A DNA stretch of 64,000 nt from sequence record OR769032.1. One strand, written 5' to 3'. Source of the stretch: Escherichia phage JoYop. Below the pieces are notes generated by a model. The model did not search any database, was not told where the DNA came from, and was given only the letters and a program-made list of their open reading frames with translations. A program made the translations under genes and the position numbers. This document shows positions 1 to 11,581 of this stretch, in pieces (position 1 is the first letter of the stretch; every line of letters starts with the position of its first letter).

Positions 1-327
1 CATTACTCGACGTAATACTTCAACATCATCCTTTTTACCATCAGTGATATATCCAGTTAATTCCTCAATTGCAGCATTTCCAGTCAATTTCCGAGTAGCT
101 AACGTGAATTCAATGAAGTCAAGCATATCGGTAATAGTCAGCATTCCAAAACTCTGGGTAGCAATACCAGGTTTAGGCCATTTCTTGATATAATACTGTA
201 ACCCACGAGAATAAGTCAGACGATATACCCGTTTAAGCAATTCATTATCTTTATTCTTTTCAAGAATTGCTTGCTTCTGCTTAGTTGATCCAATAGATGC
301 TATTTCATTCAGAATTTTAAGAATCAT
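1..327 (-). CDS. 30: DNA ligase, N-terminal 109 codons (rest of gene lies left of window)
   Basis: Minus-strand reading from ATG at 327 gives MILKILNEIASIGSTKQKQAILEK..., which I recognise as the T4 DNA ligase N-terminus; ATGA overlap with stop of ORF 324..593. Confidence 0.8.
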   Translation of the reverse strand, partial: MILKILNEIASIGSTKQKQAILEKNKDNELLKRVYRLTYSRGLQYYIKKWPKPGIATQSFGMLTITDMLDFIEFTLATRKLTGNAAIEELTGYITDGKKDDVEVLRRVM

Positions 328-593
328 TGCTCATCCTTCAAAGTTTGGTTTACAGCTCTATTATAAATCAATTCATCATTAAGCTCAGTTAAAGACTTAT
401 GATATGTGGTTCTAACTTTATTTCCTTGCATCCAATGCTTGACGTAAATGAAACCTTGCTCTACACATTTTTTAAAAATTCGTTCGTCTTTTTGAGCTCG
501 GAATTCTGGATTGCATCTAAAAAATTGATTTACGTGACCGTAATCACGTGTAGTATTACCTTCATTTTCATAAATAGTGTGAACAACAAACAT
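324..593 (-). CDS. hypothetical protein, 89 aa (position of T4 30.x ORFs)
   Basis: ORF track; tightly packed, stop overlaps ligase start. Confidence 0.5.
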   Translation of the reverse strand: MFVVHTIYENEGNTTRDYGHVNQFFRCNPEFRAQKDERIFKKCVEQGFIYVKHWMQGNKVRTTYHKSLTELNDELIYNRAVNQTLKDEQ

Positions 594-1432
594 TAGAATG
601 CTCCTTGGAAAATATTATCACCACAAGTAGGTCTATTATACAAATACTCTATGCCACCAGGTTTAATATAGTTCCATGTCTGAAACGGATGTGTCTGATA
701 TGGATGATATAGATGATTATAAGGATTAAATCCAGGCGTTCTCCAGGTAGTGTTCCAACGAAAAGAATCGTTTTTAACCATCTTCTCAATTAAATCTTTT
801 ATAGCTTTTTCACTATCAAAACTTTCTTTATTTTCCTTTGGTGAAAAAAGCTTATTTTCTACATCATTCCATGTATAAACCCGCTGAGCAGTTTTTGGAA
901 TATTGTCACGCTCTCCTCGAGCCATCCAATAAACCGGAACATTTAATATTTCACTCGCGTGGTCGCAGTGGTGAGCGAGATCGTCAATATAACAAATTAC
1001 GTTATATTTCTCTTTTGCCTTTTTGAATAACTCTTCTTTTGAAGAATCATGACCACACATCATTACTTCTGAGAATGCACCAGGAAAAAGAGCATTCAAA
1101 TTAAATTGACGATTCAACAGAGCGTCAATAGAATCACCTAATGCTGTAACAGCTACAAAATTATAATCTTCTTTTAGTTTGTTAATTACGCACAGGGCAT
1201 CTTTATATGGAGACAAGTAACGAATAAAATCTGATCGATTGTATTTTTCAATTAGCTTGACACCAAGTTCTTCGTCACAATTAAAAAGTTTACCAGGTGA
1301 AATAAATTTTTCATCTTGAATCATTTTTAAAATATGTTCTAACGGAAGATTATATTTCTGAGCAAAATAAGGAAGACCTGATTGCCAGCTTAAACATACT
1401 CCATCAATATCAGTTAAAATAGTAGGCTTCAT
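593..1432 (-). CDS. HAD-superfamily hydrolase-like protein, 279 aa
   Basis: N-terminal DIDGV motif (HAD motif I) and later YIDD; function not assigned. Confidence 0.5.
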   Translation of the reverse strand: MKPTILTDIDGVCLSWQSGLPYFAQKYNLPLEHILKMIQDEKFISPGKLFNCDEELGVKLIEKYNRSDFIRYLSPYKDALCVINKLKEDYNFVAVTALGDSIDALLNRQFNLNALFPGAFSEVMMCGHDSSKEELFKKAKEKYNVICYIDDLAHHCDHASEILNVPVYWMARGERDNIPKTAQRVYTWNDVENKLFSPKENKESFDSEKAIKDLIEKMVKNDSFRWNTTWRTPGFNPYNHLYHPYQTHPFQTWNYIKPGGIEYLYNRPTCGDNIFQGAF

Positions 1433-1893
1433 AGAGAGTCTCTTAATAGGTTTAACACATCAATAAATTCAGCTTCGGTTAGTATTGTATCATCTTTTGT
1501 TAGACCACTAGCCATGCTGTGCTTCAAAACTTTTCCTTTCGAGGCTTGTAATGCATCGCGAAAGCCCTTGTTTTGGAACGCTGCTTCAAAATATGCATTT
1601 GTGTATAATTCTTTCCATGCTTCGGAATATCTTGAAAATGGAACTCCAAGCCAGAACAACGTGCCACGGTCCTGAGCTCTAGCATAAGACCTTCCAGCTT
1701 GTTGGGCGGCAAGCCCGGATAACCCAAATATACGACGTTGGTGTTCAACATTTTTCACCTTACACCCTTGGAGGAATCCTTCGAGACCTCCAAATTGGAT
1801 ACCATTCATAACGAAAGGCCATTGGGCGAAATTACTTAATGCACATGATGGCCATTTAAAATTGCTTCTTATCTCTAGCTCAGACATTTTCAA
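1429..1893 (-). CDS. NADAR/YbiA-like domain protein, 154 aa
   Basis: Motif pattern LSNF...PF...G..F...EGFLQGCK resembles DUF1768/NADAR signature; by eye only. Confidence 0.45.
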   Translation of the reverse strand: MKMSELEIRSNFKWPSCALSNFAQWPFVMNGIQFGGLEGFLQGCKVKNVEHQRRIFGLSGLAAQQAGRSYARAQDRGTLFWLGVPFSRYSEAWKELYTNAYFEAAFQNKGFRDALQASKGKVLKHSMASGLTKDDTILTEAEFIDVLNLLRDSL

Positions 1894-2086
1894 TACTTAT
1901 AATTTCAACATCAGCCCAATGACCATAGCAAGGAAGACGAAATTCAACTGGCCAATTAGGGTCCTTTTCTAATATAATAGACTCAACTTGTGGTTCTTCA
2001 TGTTCATCAGTATATGGATTTTTATCTGTTACTTTATATGTGACCTTAATGTACTGAATTCCAAAAATCTTATTAATTATATTCAT
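1880..2086 (-). CDS. hypothetical protein, 68 aa
   Basis: ORF track; overlapping-stop/start packing with neighbours. Confidence 0.4.
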   Translation of the reverse strand: MNIINKIFGIQYIKVTYKVTDKNPYTDEHEEPQVESIILEKDPNWPVEFRLPCYGHWADVEIISIENV

Positions 2087-2280
2087 ACTAATTCCTTTAA
2101 TCCGTAAATAGGAGATAATTCATCGCCCATACGGAGGTCTTCATTTCCATCTACCCAGGAAACAATATAAGCCTCTTTTATTTGAATACCACTCCATTTA
2201 AATGGAGGTAGAACCTTAGAAATTAATCCAGGTATACCAACCCCCTTTAATTCAACAGTTTGACCCAAAAAGAATTTCAT
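2083..2280 (-). CDS. hypothetical protein, 65 aa
   Basis: ORF track; coupled to flanking ORFs. Confidence 0.4.
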   Translation of the reverse strand: MKFFLGQTVELKGVGIPGLISKVLPPFKWSGIQIKEAYIVSWVDGNEDLRMGDELSPIYGLKELV

Positions 2281-2567
2281 TAGAACCTCATCTGAAAACC
2301 ATGCGATTTAACATTACCTCCGCCAATATCAGAAATGTTAATTTCACGCGCAATTGAAGGGTCAATGTCAATTTCACGATTGAGTTTAGTGATAGCTAAA
2401 GTATCGCGGCCATTTACAGTACGGAACTCTAAAGGGCAGACTACATTAACGTAGTTTTTAATCGATTCGCTGGTAGGCTGCAAATGAGCAGGAAGGTCTT
2501 TAGGCGCCTTTGAGAAAACTACTTCACAGAAATTTTTGCGGGTGTCAAAATAAGTAGTCATAAACAT
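2280..2567 (-). CDS. hypothetical protein, 95 aa
   Basis: ORF track; GAGGAAAA RBS upstream, preceded by UUCG hairpin. Confidence 0.5.
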   Translation of the reverse strand: MFMTTYFDTRKNFCEVVFSKAPKDLPAHLQPTSESIKNYVNVVCPLEFRTVNGRDTLAITKLNREIDIDPSIAREINISDIGGGNVKSHGFQMRF

Positions 2568-2608
2568 AGTATTTTCCTCAGTAAGGGGCCGAAGCCCCTC
2601 ATTTTATT

Positions 2609-2974
2609 TTAAATATCAAATTCGTTAAGAACTACATCAAAGATTGCTTCAAGATGCTCAGGTTTAGCTCTGTTACTCAGAATATGACGAATCCAAGTTT
2701 TAACCAGAAGCTTGCGATTAACGCCATTCCAGCAAGGATGAGTCCCTAAATCGCGTTGACGAAAATCATCATCCAAAGCGATTTTGAAGTTAGAGCCTTC
2801 CATTGTGATTGAAACTGTGATGCCATTTTCAAATCGCATATAAACGTAGTTAGGAGTCATATACTGTTCAATTTCGCATACTGATCCATTTTGATGTTTC
2901 CAAAGGCAAATAGTATCAATAGAACCTGCAATACCATTAGAAACATATTTACGTTCGAAGTTGATGTAGTTCAT
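2609..2974 (-). CDS. hypothetical protein, ~121 aa
   Basis: Track ORF starts at TTG within the RBS (MENKM...); true start taken as ATG at 2974 after GGAGAA. Confidence 0.5.
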   Translation of the reverse strand: MNYINFERKYVSNGIAGSIDTICLWKHQNGSVCEIEQYMTPNYVYMRFENGITVSITMEGSNFKIALDDDFRQRDLGTHPCWNGVNRKLLVKTWIRHILSNRAKPEHLEAIFDVVLNEFDI

Positions 2975-3010
2975 TTTATTCTCCAAGATGTTTAATTGCG
3001 GTACAGGTAT

Positions 3011-3038
3011 ATAATATCATATCCTGTACCAAAGTAAA
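3011..3038 (-). promoter_or_regulatory. early sigma70-type promoter (TTTACT-N16-TATTAT)
   Basis: Hexamers read on minus strand; -10 bracketed by 8-bp inverted repeat. Confidence 0.5.
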
Positions 3039-3041
3039 CAA

Positions 3042-3374
3042 TTATTTTACTACTTTCCAATGCTGCATGTCAAGTTTACCAACTTTTTTCATCTTCGCAA
3101 TTAAGCGTTCGGCACGTTGGCGAGCTGTAACATAATACCATTCACCTAATTCATTTTGTTCAATTTTTCCAACGATTACTGTATTCAATTCATAAATCCA
3201 ACCAGTAAAGAAATTATGAACTTGAATTGTAAAGGTGAAATCTGTTCCCATACCTTCTGTTGTTTCTACTTCAATAATATCACCTTCAACTGCCATTAAG
3301 AACCACATAGTTTCATCATATTTACCATTGAAACATTTAGTTTTAACTGCAGCGTTCAGATTAATCGTTTTCAT
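3042..3374 (-). CDS. hypothetical protein, 110 aa
   Basis: ORF track; AGGAGAA RBS; early promoter upstream. Confidence 0.5.
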   Translation of the reverse strand: MKTINLNAAVKTKCFNGKYDETMWFLMAVEGDIIEVETTEGMGTDFTFTIQVHNFFTGWIYELNTVIVGKIEQNELGEWYYVTARQRAERLIAKMKKVGKLDMQHWKVVK

Positions 3375-3401
3375 TTTATTCTCCTTTGTTTGTGTAAGAT
3401 A

Positions 3402-3430
3402 ATACTATCACAAAGGAACCATACTGTAAA
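3402..3430 (-). promoter_or_regulatory. early promoter candidate (TTTACA-N17-TAGTAT)
   Basis: Immediately downstream of terminator; weaker -10. Confidence 0.4.
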
Positions 3431-3450
3431 CAACTTTGTGCATTCTTTGG

Positions 3451-3480
3451 AAAATAAAAAAGGACTCCCGAAGGAGTCCT
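3451..3480 (-). terminator. intrinsic terminator (UUCG-loop hairpin plus U tract)
   Basis: Minus strand AGGACUCC-UUCG-GGAGUCCU followed by UUUUUUAUUUU. Confidence 0.6.
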
Positions 3481-3484
3481 CAAC

Positions 3485-3661
3485 TTATGCTTTCTGCTTA
3501 CCAAAACGAGAAGCATCATCTCGAAGAACCGCACGTGCTCGGCGCATGATCTTCTCAACAGTTTGATTGATACGAGAGTTCGACCCACGCTTGTAGCCAG
3601 CGCGTTTAGAATCACCAACTTTCTTTTCAACTGCTTTCTTTGCTTTAGCTTGTTTTGCCAT
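3485..3661 (-). CDS. small basic protein, ~58 aa
   Basis: Track ORF trimmed to ATG at 3661 (MAKQAKAKK...); Lys/Arg-rich; terminator immediately downstream. Confidence 0.45.
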   Translation of the reverse strand: MAKQAKAKKAVEKKVGDSKRAGYKRGSNSRINQTVEKIMRRARAVLRDDASRFGKQKA

Positions 3662-3781
3662 TATAAATTCTCTTTTAAATGAAAATGCAGGACTTATTGG
3701 CATTGCCTGCGAAAGCCCTCAAAGGGGTACTTAGGTTTTGAATATTTACCGACAGGATAACCATAAACCTCGTCAACATAA

Positions 3782-4030
3782 TTACTTCAATGTTACCACA
3801 AAGTGACGAACTGCTTTTCGTGCAGCAGAAGCCAGAGGCTTAGCATACTTAAGTTCATCTTTTTCCTGAAGCTCAGCAGCTAATGTAGTTTGAGCAGGGT
3901 TCAGATGTTTGAAATAACGCAGGATTTCAAGAGCTTCGGCTTCAACATCAATAGATGCGCCATAGTTTTCGTGACCATTATTCCATGCGTTTCGTTGCAG
4001 TTCAAGAGCGTGTTGTAATTGTTTAATCAT
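3782..4030 (-). CDS. rIII: lysis-inhibition accessory protein rIII
   Basis: 82 aa, same length and map position as T4 rIII (between 30.x block and gene 31). Confidence 0.65.
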   Translation of the reverse strand: MIKQLQHALELQRNAWNNGHENYGASIDVEAEALEILRYFKHLNPAQTTLAAELQEKDELKYAKPLASAARKAVRHFVVTLK

Positions 4031-4177
4031 TTAAAAATTCTCGTTAGAGATTAAAACTCGGTAGTCACGTTCTTCTGAATTTCATCTTCTTTCGACAGAT
4101 CTCTCAGTTGTAGACTACCACATAGAATTGTTCGGTTAACTTATTATTCCGACACCCAATTCATATTATTATTTATA

Positions 4178-4513
4178 TCACTTATAAAGACACGGAATAG
4201 CTTTATAGTGACAGGTAACGAATTTTTGTTTAATTTCTTTTGGCTGCTTAAGACCCAGAGCTACAAAAGGATGCGGAACATTTCGAATTTGACCAACTGG
4301 AAGAGAAGTCAAATCACCAACTTCACAAAAACCTTCAGGAACATCAGGACCGACGGAGTGAATTACACATAGTTCAGGAACTTCACCTTGAACACGTTTA
4401 CCGATAATAAGTCCTGATTCTGTAACTTCTTCATCACCGGCTTGCGCAGGTTCAGAAACTAAAATAACATATTCACCGACAGCACGAATTGGTAGCTGTT
4501 GTACTTCAGACAT
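4178..4513 (-). CDS. 31: GroES-like co-chaperonin gp31
   Basis: 111 aa, sequence [19 protein letters not shown]... recognised as T4 gp31. Confidence 0.9.
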   Translation of the reverse strand: MSEVQQLPIRAVGEYVILVSEPAQAGDEEVTESGLIIGKRVQGEVPELCVIHSVGPDVPEGFCEVGDLTSLPVGQIRNVPHPFVALGLKQPKEIKQKFVTCHYKAIPCLYK

Positions 4514-4569
4514 CTTATTTCCTTGTTGTTTGACGATAGATTAATAATACCATACTATTCGTAAAGCAT

Positions 4570-4878
4570 TTATTTACCAATAAATTGAAGCAAATGCTCA
4601 ACTTTCATGCCATTAACGGAAATCAATTTGTCAATAGAAAAACCTCGCCATGCACCAAGCTCAACATCAAATACTGGAACCATATCAGTAGATTCTTTCC
4701 GAGTAGATTCAGTCAATTTACCGGTTTGCATGGTTGGCATAAAGTCTGCATCACGAGTACCTTTCATAGTACGAATAGTACCATCAGACTTTTCAAAAAC
4801 TACGTTTGAAATACCCATGGACAATTTAGTTTTCAAAATTTCACGAATTGCTACTTTTTGTTCAGTCGTCAGTTTCAT
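4570..4878 (-). CDS. hypothetical protein, 102 aa (31.1 position)
   Basis: ORF track, position downstream of gene 31. Confidence 0.5.
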   Translation of the reverse strand: MKLTTEQKVAIREILKTKLSMGISNVVFEKSDGTIRTMKGTRDADFMPTMQTGKLTESTRKESTDMVPVFDVELGAWRGFSIDKLISVNGMKVEHLLQFIGK

Positions 4879-5115
4879 TTATTTACCTATTACAGTTTTA
4901 ATATGGGTTGTTCCACGTTCTTTAAGAGTGGAAAGCAATTTTTGGCATTTTTCTAAATCAGATTTCCAACTATATGGTCTATCAATACAAACCCATTCTG
5001 ACTTATAATACTGCTTCCATTTAGAGAAAAAATATTTCTTATACTCTACAGCAAATGAAATATTCTCATTAGAATAAGAACTAATTGCTGTGAGTTGTAC
5101 CAAACGAAATTTCAT
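4879..5115 (-). CDS. hypothetical protein, 78 aa (31.2 position)
   Basis: ORF track. Confidence 0.45.
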   Translation of the reverse strand: MKFRLVQLTAISSYSNENISFAVEYKKYFFSKWKQYYKSEWVCIDRPYSWKSDLEKCQKLLSTLKERGTTHIKTVIGK

Positions 5116-5696
5116 TATTCACCACAGAATTCGTTGATATTTTCCCAATTTAACTTATTCAAGTTTTTCTTAGGAACATTGAACACTTCAATACCTGCAT
5201 TTCGCAGAATATCATCCCAGCCAGGTTTATTTTTATCGTATGTTTCGCAATAAACCAGCTTTTTAATTCCAGATTGAGCGATCGCTTTTGCACAATCTGG
5301 GCAAGGAGAAAGTGTTACATACATAGTAGCACCTTCAATTGAAGAACCATTTCGTGCAGCAAACAAAATTGCATTTAGTTCAGCATGAATTTCATTTTTA
5401 GACGACCATTCAGAATGAGCGCTGCGGTGTTCTTTCGCCAAAACAAAACGATCAGTTGAACCAAACGATACGCATTCAGGCTTATGACCTTGAATGATAG
5501 TATGTTTAGGTTTATTCAATAACCAACCTTGCTCGGCAGCATAATCACAACAGTTCACACCCCCGGCAGGTGAACCATTATACCCAGTAGAAATAATACG
5601 TCCATTCTTTTCAATTACTGCTCCTACCTTCCAGGAGCAACATTTTGATTCTTGTGATACTAAATATGCAATTTGAAGTACTGTACTCGCTTTCAT
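5115..5696 (-). CDS. cd: dCMP deaminase
   Basis: 193 aa; cytidine/dCMP deaminase zinc motifs HAELNAI and PCPDC. Confidence 0.9.
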   Translation of the reverse strand: MKASTVLQIAYLVSQESKCCSWKVGAVIEKNGRIISTGYNGSPAGGVNCCDYAAEQGWLLNKPKHTIIQGHKPECVSFGSTDRFVLAKEHRSAHSEWSSKNEIHAELNAILFAARNGSSIEGATMYVTLSPCPDCAKAIAQSGIKKLVYCETYDKNKPGWDDILRNAGIEVFNVPKKNLNKLNWENINEFCGE

Positions 5697-6031
5697 TTCA
5701 TAATCACCAGATAAGCAGATTTAGCAGTTTCAACACGATAAATTTCGTGACGAAGTTTAGTTATACTTTTAATAACAGAACTAATTATATTCTGCCCATC
5801 TTTAAAGCGGTTTTTCTTATCGATAAAAATTGCGCCAATCATCTTTTTGTGAAGCTCAACTGGATACTTCGTCACAATAATAGCATCATACACAGAAGGA
5901 TGAATACTATTCACTAGAGTATCATTCATTAAAGTTATTCTAATGAACTGTGCTGTTTCAGAATCAAGCGCTCTATGATCGCCAGTATCATTTTCAAGAC
6001 AATTATCAATTATATCAGTTAAATTCATCAT
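5693..6031 (-). CDS. hypothetical protein, 112 aa
   Basis: ORF track, cd.x position. Confidence 0.45.
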   Translation of the reverse strand: MMNLTDIIDNCLENDTGDHRALDSETAQFIRITLMNDTLVNSIHPSVYDAIIVTKYPVELHKKMIGAIFIDKKNRFKDGQNIISSVIKSITKLRHEIYRVETAKSAYLVIMK

Positions 6032-6267
6032 AGTACGCCATACACCCTTTGTGCTTCAACTAATCCATCAAAATCCAGTTTAAGATGCGATATTTGATCG
6101 CCATCACCTGGATTCACAATTACTAATACTGAACGAGGAGTTTCGGTAATAACACGAACCGATGTTTCAGGAAATCGTTCAGAAACCTTATTTACTAATT
6201 CTTGCGCAAATAGTTTAACTTTTTCTTGGAATTCTTTAACAGTAATTGGTTTTTCACTTAGCAGCAT
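6028..6267 (-). CDS. hypothetical protein, 79 aa
   Basis: ORF track. Confidence 0.45.
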   Translation of the reverse strand: MLLSEKPITVKEFQEKVKLFAQELVNKVSERFPETSVRVITETPRSVLVIVNPGDGDQISHLKLDFDGLVEAQRVYGVL

Positions 6268-6788
6268 GTTGATCCAAGCTCCTTACTTTCAACATTTTTA
6301 ACTAATTTGACAGAAACTAATTCAGCATCTTGAGTAATCATTACCGGGCCTTCTTCATATTTTTCAAGATATTCTAGAGCTTTCTTTTTAGCTTCTTCCT
6401 TCGTATCAGTTTGAGCATAGATATAAAACATGCAACCAGTAATACCTACTACTTTCCACTTAATTTCTTTATCAGCTTTAATTTCAAATTTACTGATAGA
6501 ATCATCTTTTTGAACTTCTTCGAAAAAAGAATATTCTAACATATGAGTAATTGAAAATAACGGGCTAACTTTATAGGATTCGCCCATTACGTCAACAGCT
6601 TTATACCAGCAATCGTCAATTTCGCGTTTAATGCTAATAACATTCTTCGCAGGGTCAATTTTTACTTTAAATGAATTTTCCCCAATAAACTGGGCAATTC
6701 GTTTATTAGCCCCGCAAGTTTCATTAAAAATATCTTTATATCCAGCTTTAAAGCGATAAACCTTATCTTCTTCAAACCATTCGCTCAT
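6258..6788 (-). CDS. hypothetical protein, 176 aa
   Basis: ORF track; RBS AGGAAA and early promoter upstream. Confidence 0.5.
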   Translation of the reverse strand: MSEWFEEDKVYRFKAGYKDIFNETCGANKRIAQFIGENSFKVKIDPAKNVISIKREIDDCWYKAVDVMGESYKVSPLFSITHMLEYSFFEEVQKDDSISKFEIKADKEIKWKVVGITGCMFYIYAQTDTKEEAKKKALEYLEKYEEGPVMITQDAELVSVKLVKNVESKELGSTCC

Positions 6789-6817
6789 TTCAATTTCCTC
6801 ATTTGTTTGGTAGAACT

Positions 6818-6846
6818 ATAATATCACAACTCTACCATAAAGTAAA
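6818..6846 (-). promoter_or_regulatory. early sigma70-type promoter (TTTACT-N17-TATTAT)
   Basis: Upstream of ORF 6258..6788. Confidence 0.55.
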
Positions 6847-6849
6847 CTA

Positions 6850-7125
6850 TTAAATCGCTTTGAATTCCGCAGTTTGAGATTCAAAGTAAATGTCGCCTTT
6901 GATAACTAGCTCAGCATCAAGACCGAATACGACAATGATATGCGCGGAACCTGGATACAGCGTAATAGCAACAGAATCCACCTGGTCTGGAAGTAAAGTG
7001 TTCAATACATGAGTCACTTGAGCATGGATTCGAAGCTCAGCTGCATTATCAAGCTTTTCAAACATATTATTAGCGATAATTTGACTAAACACTACTTCTA
7101 CGATTTTAGAATAAGTCGGAAACAT
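6850..7125 (-). CDS. hypothetical protein, 91 aa
   Basis: ORF track. Confidence 0.45.
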   Translation of the reverse strand: MFPTYSKIVEVVFSQIIANNMFEKLDNAAELRIHAQVTHVLNTLLPDQVDSVAITLYPGSAHIIVVFGLDAELVIKGDIYFESQTAEFKAI

Positions 7126-7127
7126 AT

Positions 7128-8531
<1,404 letters not shown>

Positions 8532-8535
<4 letters not shown>

Positions 8536-8762
8536 CTATTTTTCTCAACCAATGATTGAATATAATCATGCAGGTCTTTAGATGCTTTACCCCACTTATT
8601 TTGATATTCATTTTTAAGATTAGCACGTGATTGAGCTAATAAAACATCATTAGTTGGAGGTAAAGATTCTAATCGTTGAATCTGGCGACCATAAATCATT
8701 GCAGCCATCTCGGATTCATAAATCAATCCTTTAAGATGTTCAAATTGATGCCAAGAAATCAT
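8532..8762 (-). CDS. hypothetical protein, 76 aa
   Basis: ORF track. Confidence 0.45.
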
Positions 8763-9058
8763 TTACATTTATCCTCTTTTAACTCTTGACGATAATAACA
8801 TATCATAGTTTTCTGGTCATGTACATATCGTTTTACATCATTAAGCCAAATACGAAATTCCTGGGAATCTTCAAATGGCATACCGACCCAAGCTTTACCA
8901 TCGATAACTTTAACTTGCCAAGATAGTTTAGCTTCATCATATGACTTTATCTGCACAGGCCAATTAGGATGAACTGTTTCTTTCTTTACTTCTAGAGGCT
9001 TTGTCGAACAACCAACTAGAAGACCAATAGATAATATTACTGCTGATAGTTTAATCAT
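8759..9058 (-). CDS. putative lipoprotein, 99 aa
   Basis: Signal peptide with lipobox LLVGC near N-terminus. Confidence 0.5.
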   Translation of the reverse strand: MIKLSAVILSIGLLVGCSTKPLEVKKETVHPNWPVQIKSYDEAKLSWQVKVIDGKAWVGMPFEDSQEFRIWLNDVKRYVHDQKTMICYYRQELKEDKCK

Positions 9059-9408
9059 TTAGAAAGGTCCTGGATGTCTTCTGCAAACTTGTTGAAGGAG
9101 TTGTTGATTTGTTTTTCAACCAATCCTGGTTTATGAGCCACCACATCCGCCTTCTTTGCGTCTTTGCGCAGTTTTTCATTTTCACGCTCAATAGCAGCAA
9201 TTGCCTCACGATTTTTATTATTCATCGCATCAATATAATTATATTGAATTTTTAAATCATTTAATGCTAAAGCGTTTTCATTGGCCGTTTTTGTAATTTC
9301 TACAACAGACGTTTCTAATCTTTCAATTTTACTTTTTAAAATTAAAGAAGTTCCGCCCAATGCAATTACAATTAATAACAAGCCTGTTGTTGTATTACTT
9401 AATTGCAT
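9055..9408 (-). CDS. membrane-anchored coiled-coil protein, 117 aa
   Basis: Hydrophobic N-terminal segment LLLIVIALGG followed by charged heptad-like region. Confidence 0.45.
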   Translation of the reverse strand: MQLSNTTTGLLLIVIALGGTSLILKSKIERLETSVVEITKTANENALALNDLKIQYNYIDAMNNKNREAIAAIERENEKLRKDAKKADVVAHKPGLVEKQINNSFNKFAEDIQDLSK

Positions 9409-9905
9409 AAAGTTTTAATAACCTCTATAATATCGTCTTGAGAAAGACCGTTAATTAAAATATGATGTTCAGCCGGAGATTTAGAAATTTTAAAGCATGC
9501 CTCAACATCTTCTGCCATATCCGATGCGCTACGATTTGGATTACTAATTCCAAGACGATGTTTTCCCGTCAAAGGATTAACGATGATATAGCATTTACAG
9601 CTATTGATATGAACATTAGGTTGAGTCTGATTAATGAACACATCACAATCATATTTCGCAAGCTGATTTTCTAAAAAGACTTTCATCTCCTCAACCGCAT
9701 CGGGAAGCATATCACGGGCTTGCTCAAGACGACGATTTCGATATTCTTTAATGGTCGTTTTCCGCTTGACTTGCTTAGCTAAATCTTTCTTAAGATCGGT
9801 GATATATCCAACTCGACGATTTCCTTTAAATACAGAAATCCCATCCGTGGTATCACCGTATGCTTCAACGACCATTTCAGTAGTAATAAGCTGTAAATCC
9901 ATCAT
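9399..9905 (-). CDS. alc: Alc, host transcription unfolding/termination protein
   Basis: 167-168 aa, position between pseT cluster and rnlA as in T4; early promoter upstream. Confidence 0.7.
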   Translation of the reverse strand: MMDLQLITTEMVVEAYGDTTDGISVFKGNRRVGYITDLKKDLAKQVKRKTTIKEYRNRRLEQARDMLPDAVEEMKVFLENQLAKYDCDVFINQTQPNVHINSCKCYIIVNPLTGKHRLGISNPNRSASDMAEDVEACFKISKSPAEHHILINGLSQDDIIEVIKTLCN

Positions 9906-9933
9906 AAAGTCCTCATGTTATGTCAGTAAGTCT

Positions 9934-9962
9934 ACTATAACACAACACGAGGGACTTGTAAA
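9934..9962 (-). promoter_or_regulatory. early sigma70-type promoter (TTTACA-N17-TATAGT) upstream of alc
   Basis: Hexamers and spacing read on minus strand. Confidence 0.55.
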
Positions 9963-9966
9963 CAGC

Positions 9967-11551
<1,585 letters not shown>

Positions 11552-11554
<3 letters not shown>

Positions 11555-11576
11555 AATAAAATGGGCCTTGCGGCCC
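11552..11576 (-). terminator. GC hairpin with GNRA loop and U-rich tail between nrdB and denA
   Basis: Minus strand GGGCC-GCAA-GGCCC AUUUUAUU; overlaps denA start so may attenuate rather than terminate. Confidence 0.35.
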
Positions 11577-11581
11577 ACTCC

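Noticed and set aside
2586-2600. GGGGC-UUCG-GCCCC hairpin as a terminator
   Set aside because: On the transcribed (minus) strand it is followed by the next gene's RBS, not a U tract; more likely an intercistronic stability/structure element.
4607-5008. 133-aa plus-strand ORF spanning 31.1/31.2
   Set aside because: Overlaps two minus-strand genes that are tightly coupled; no start context.
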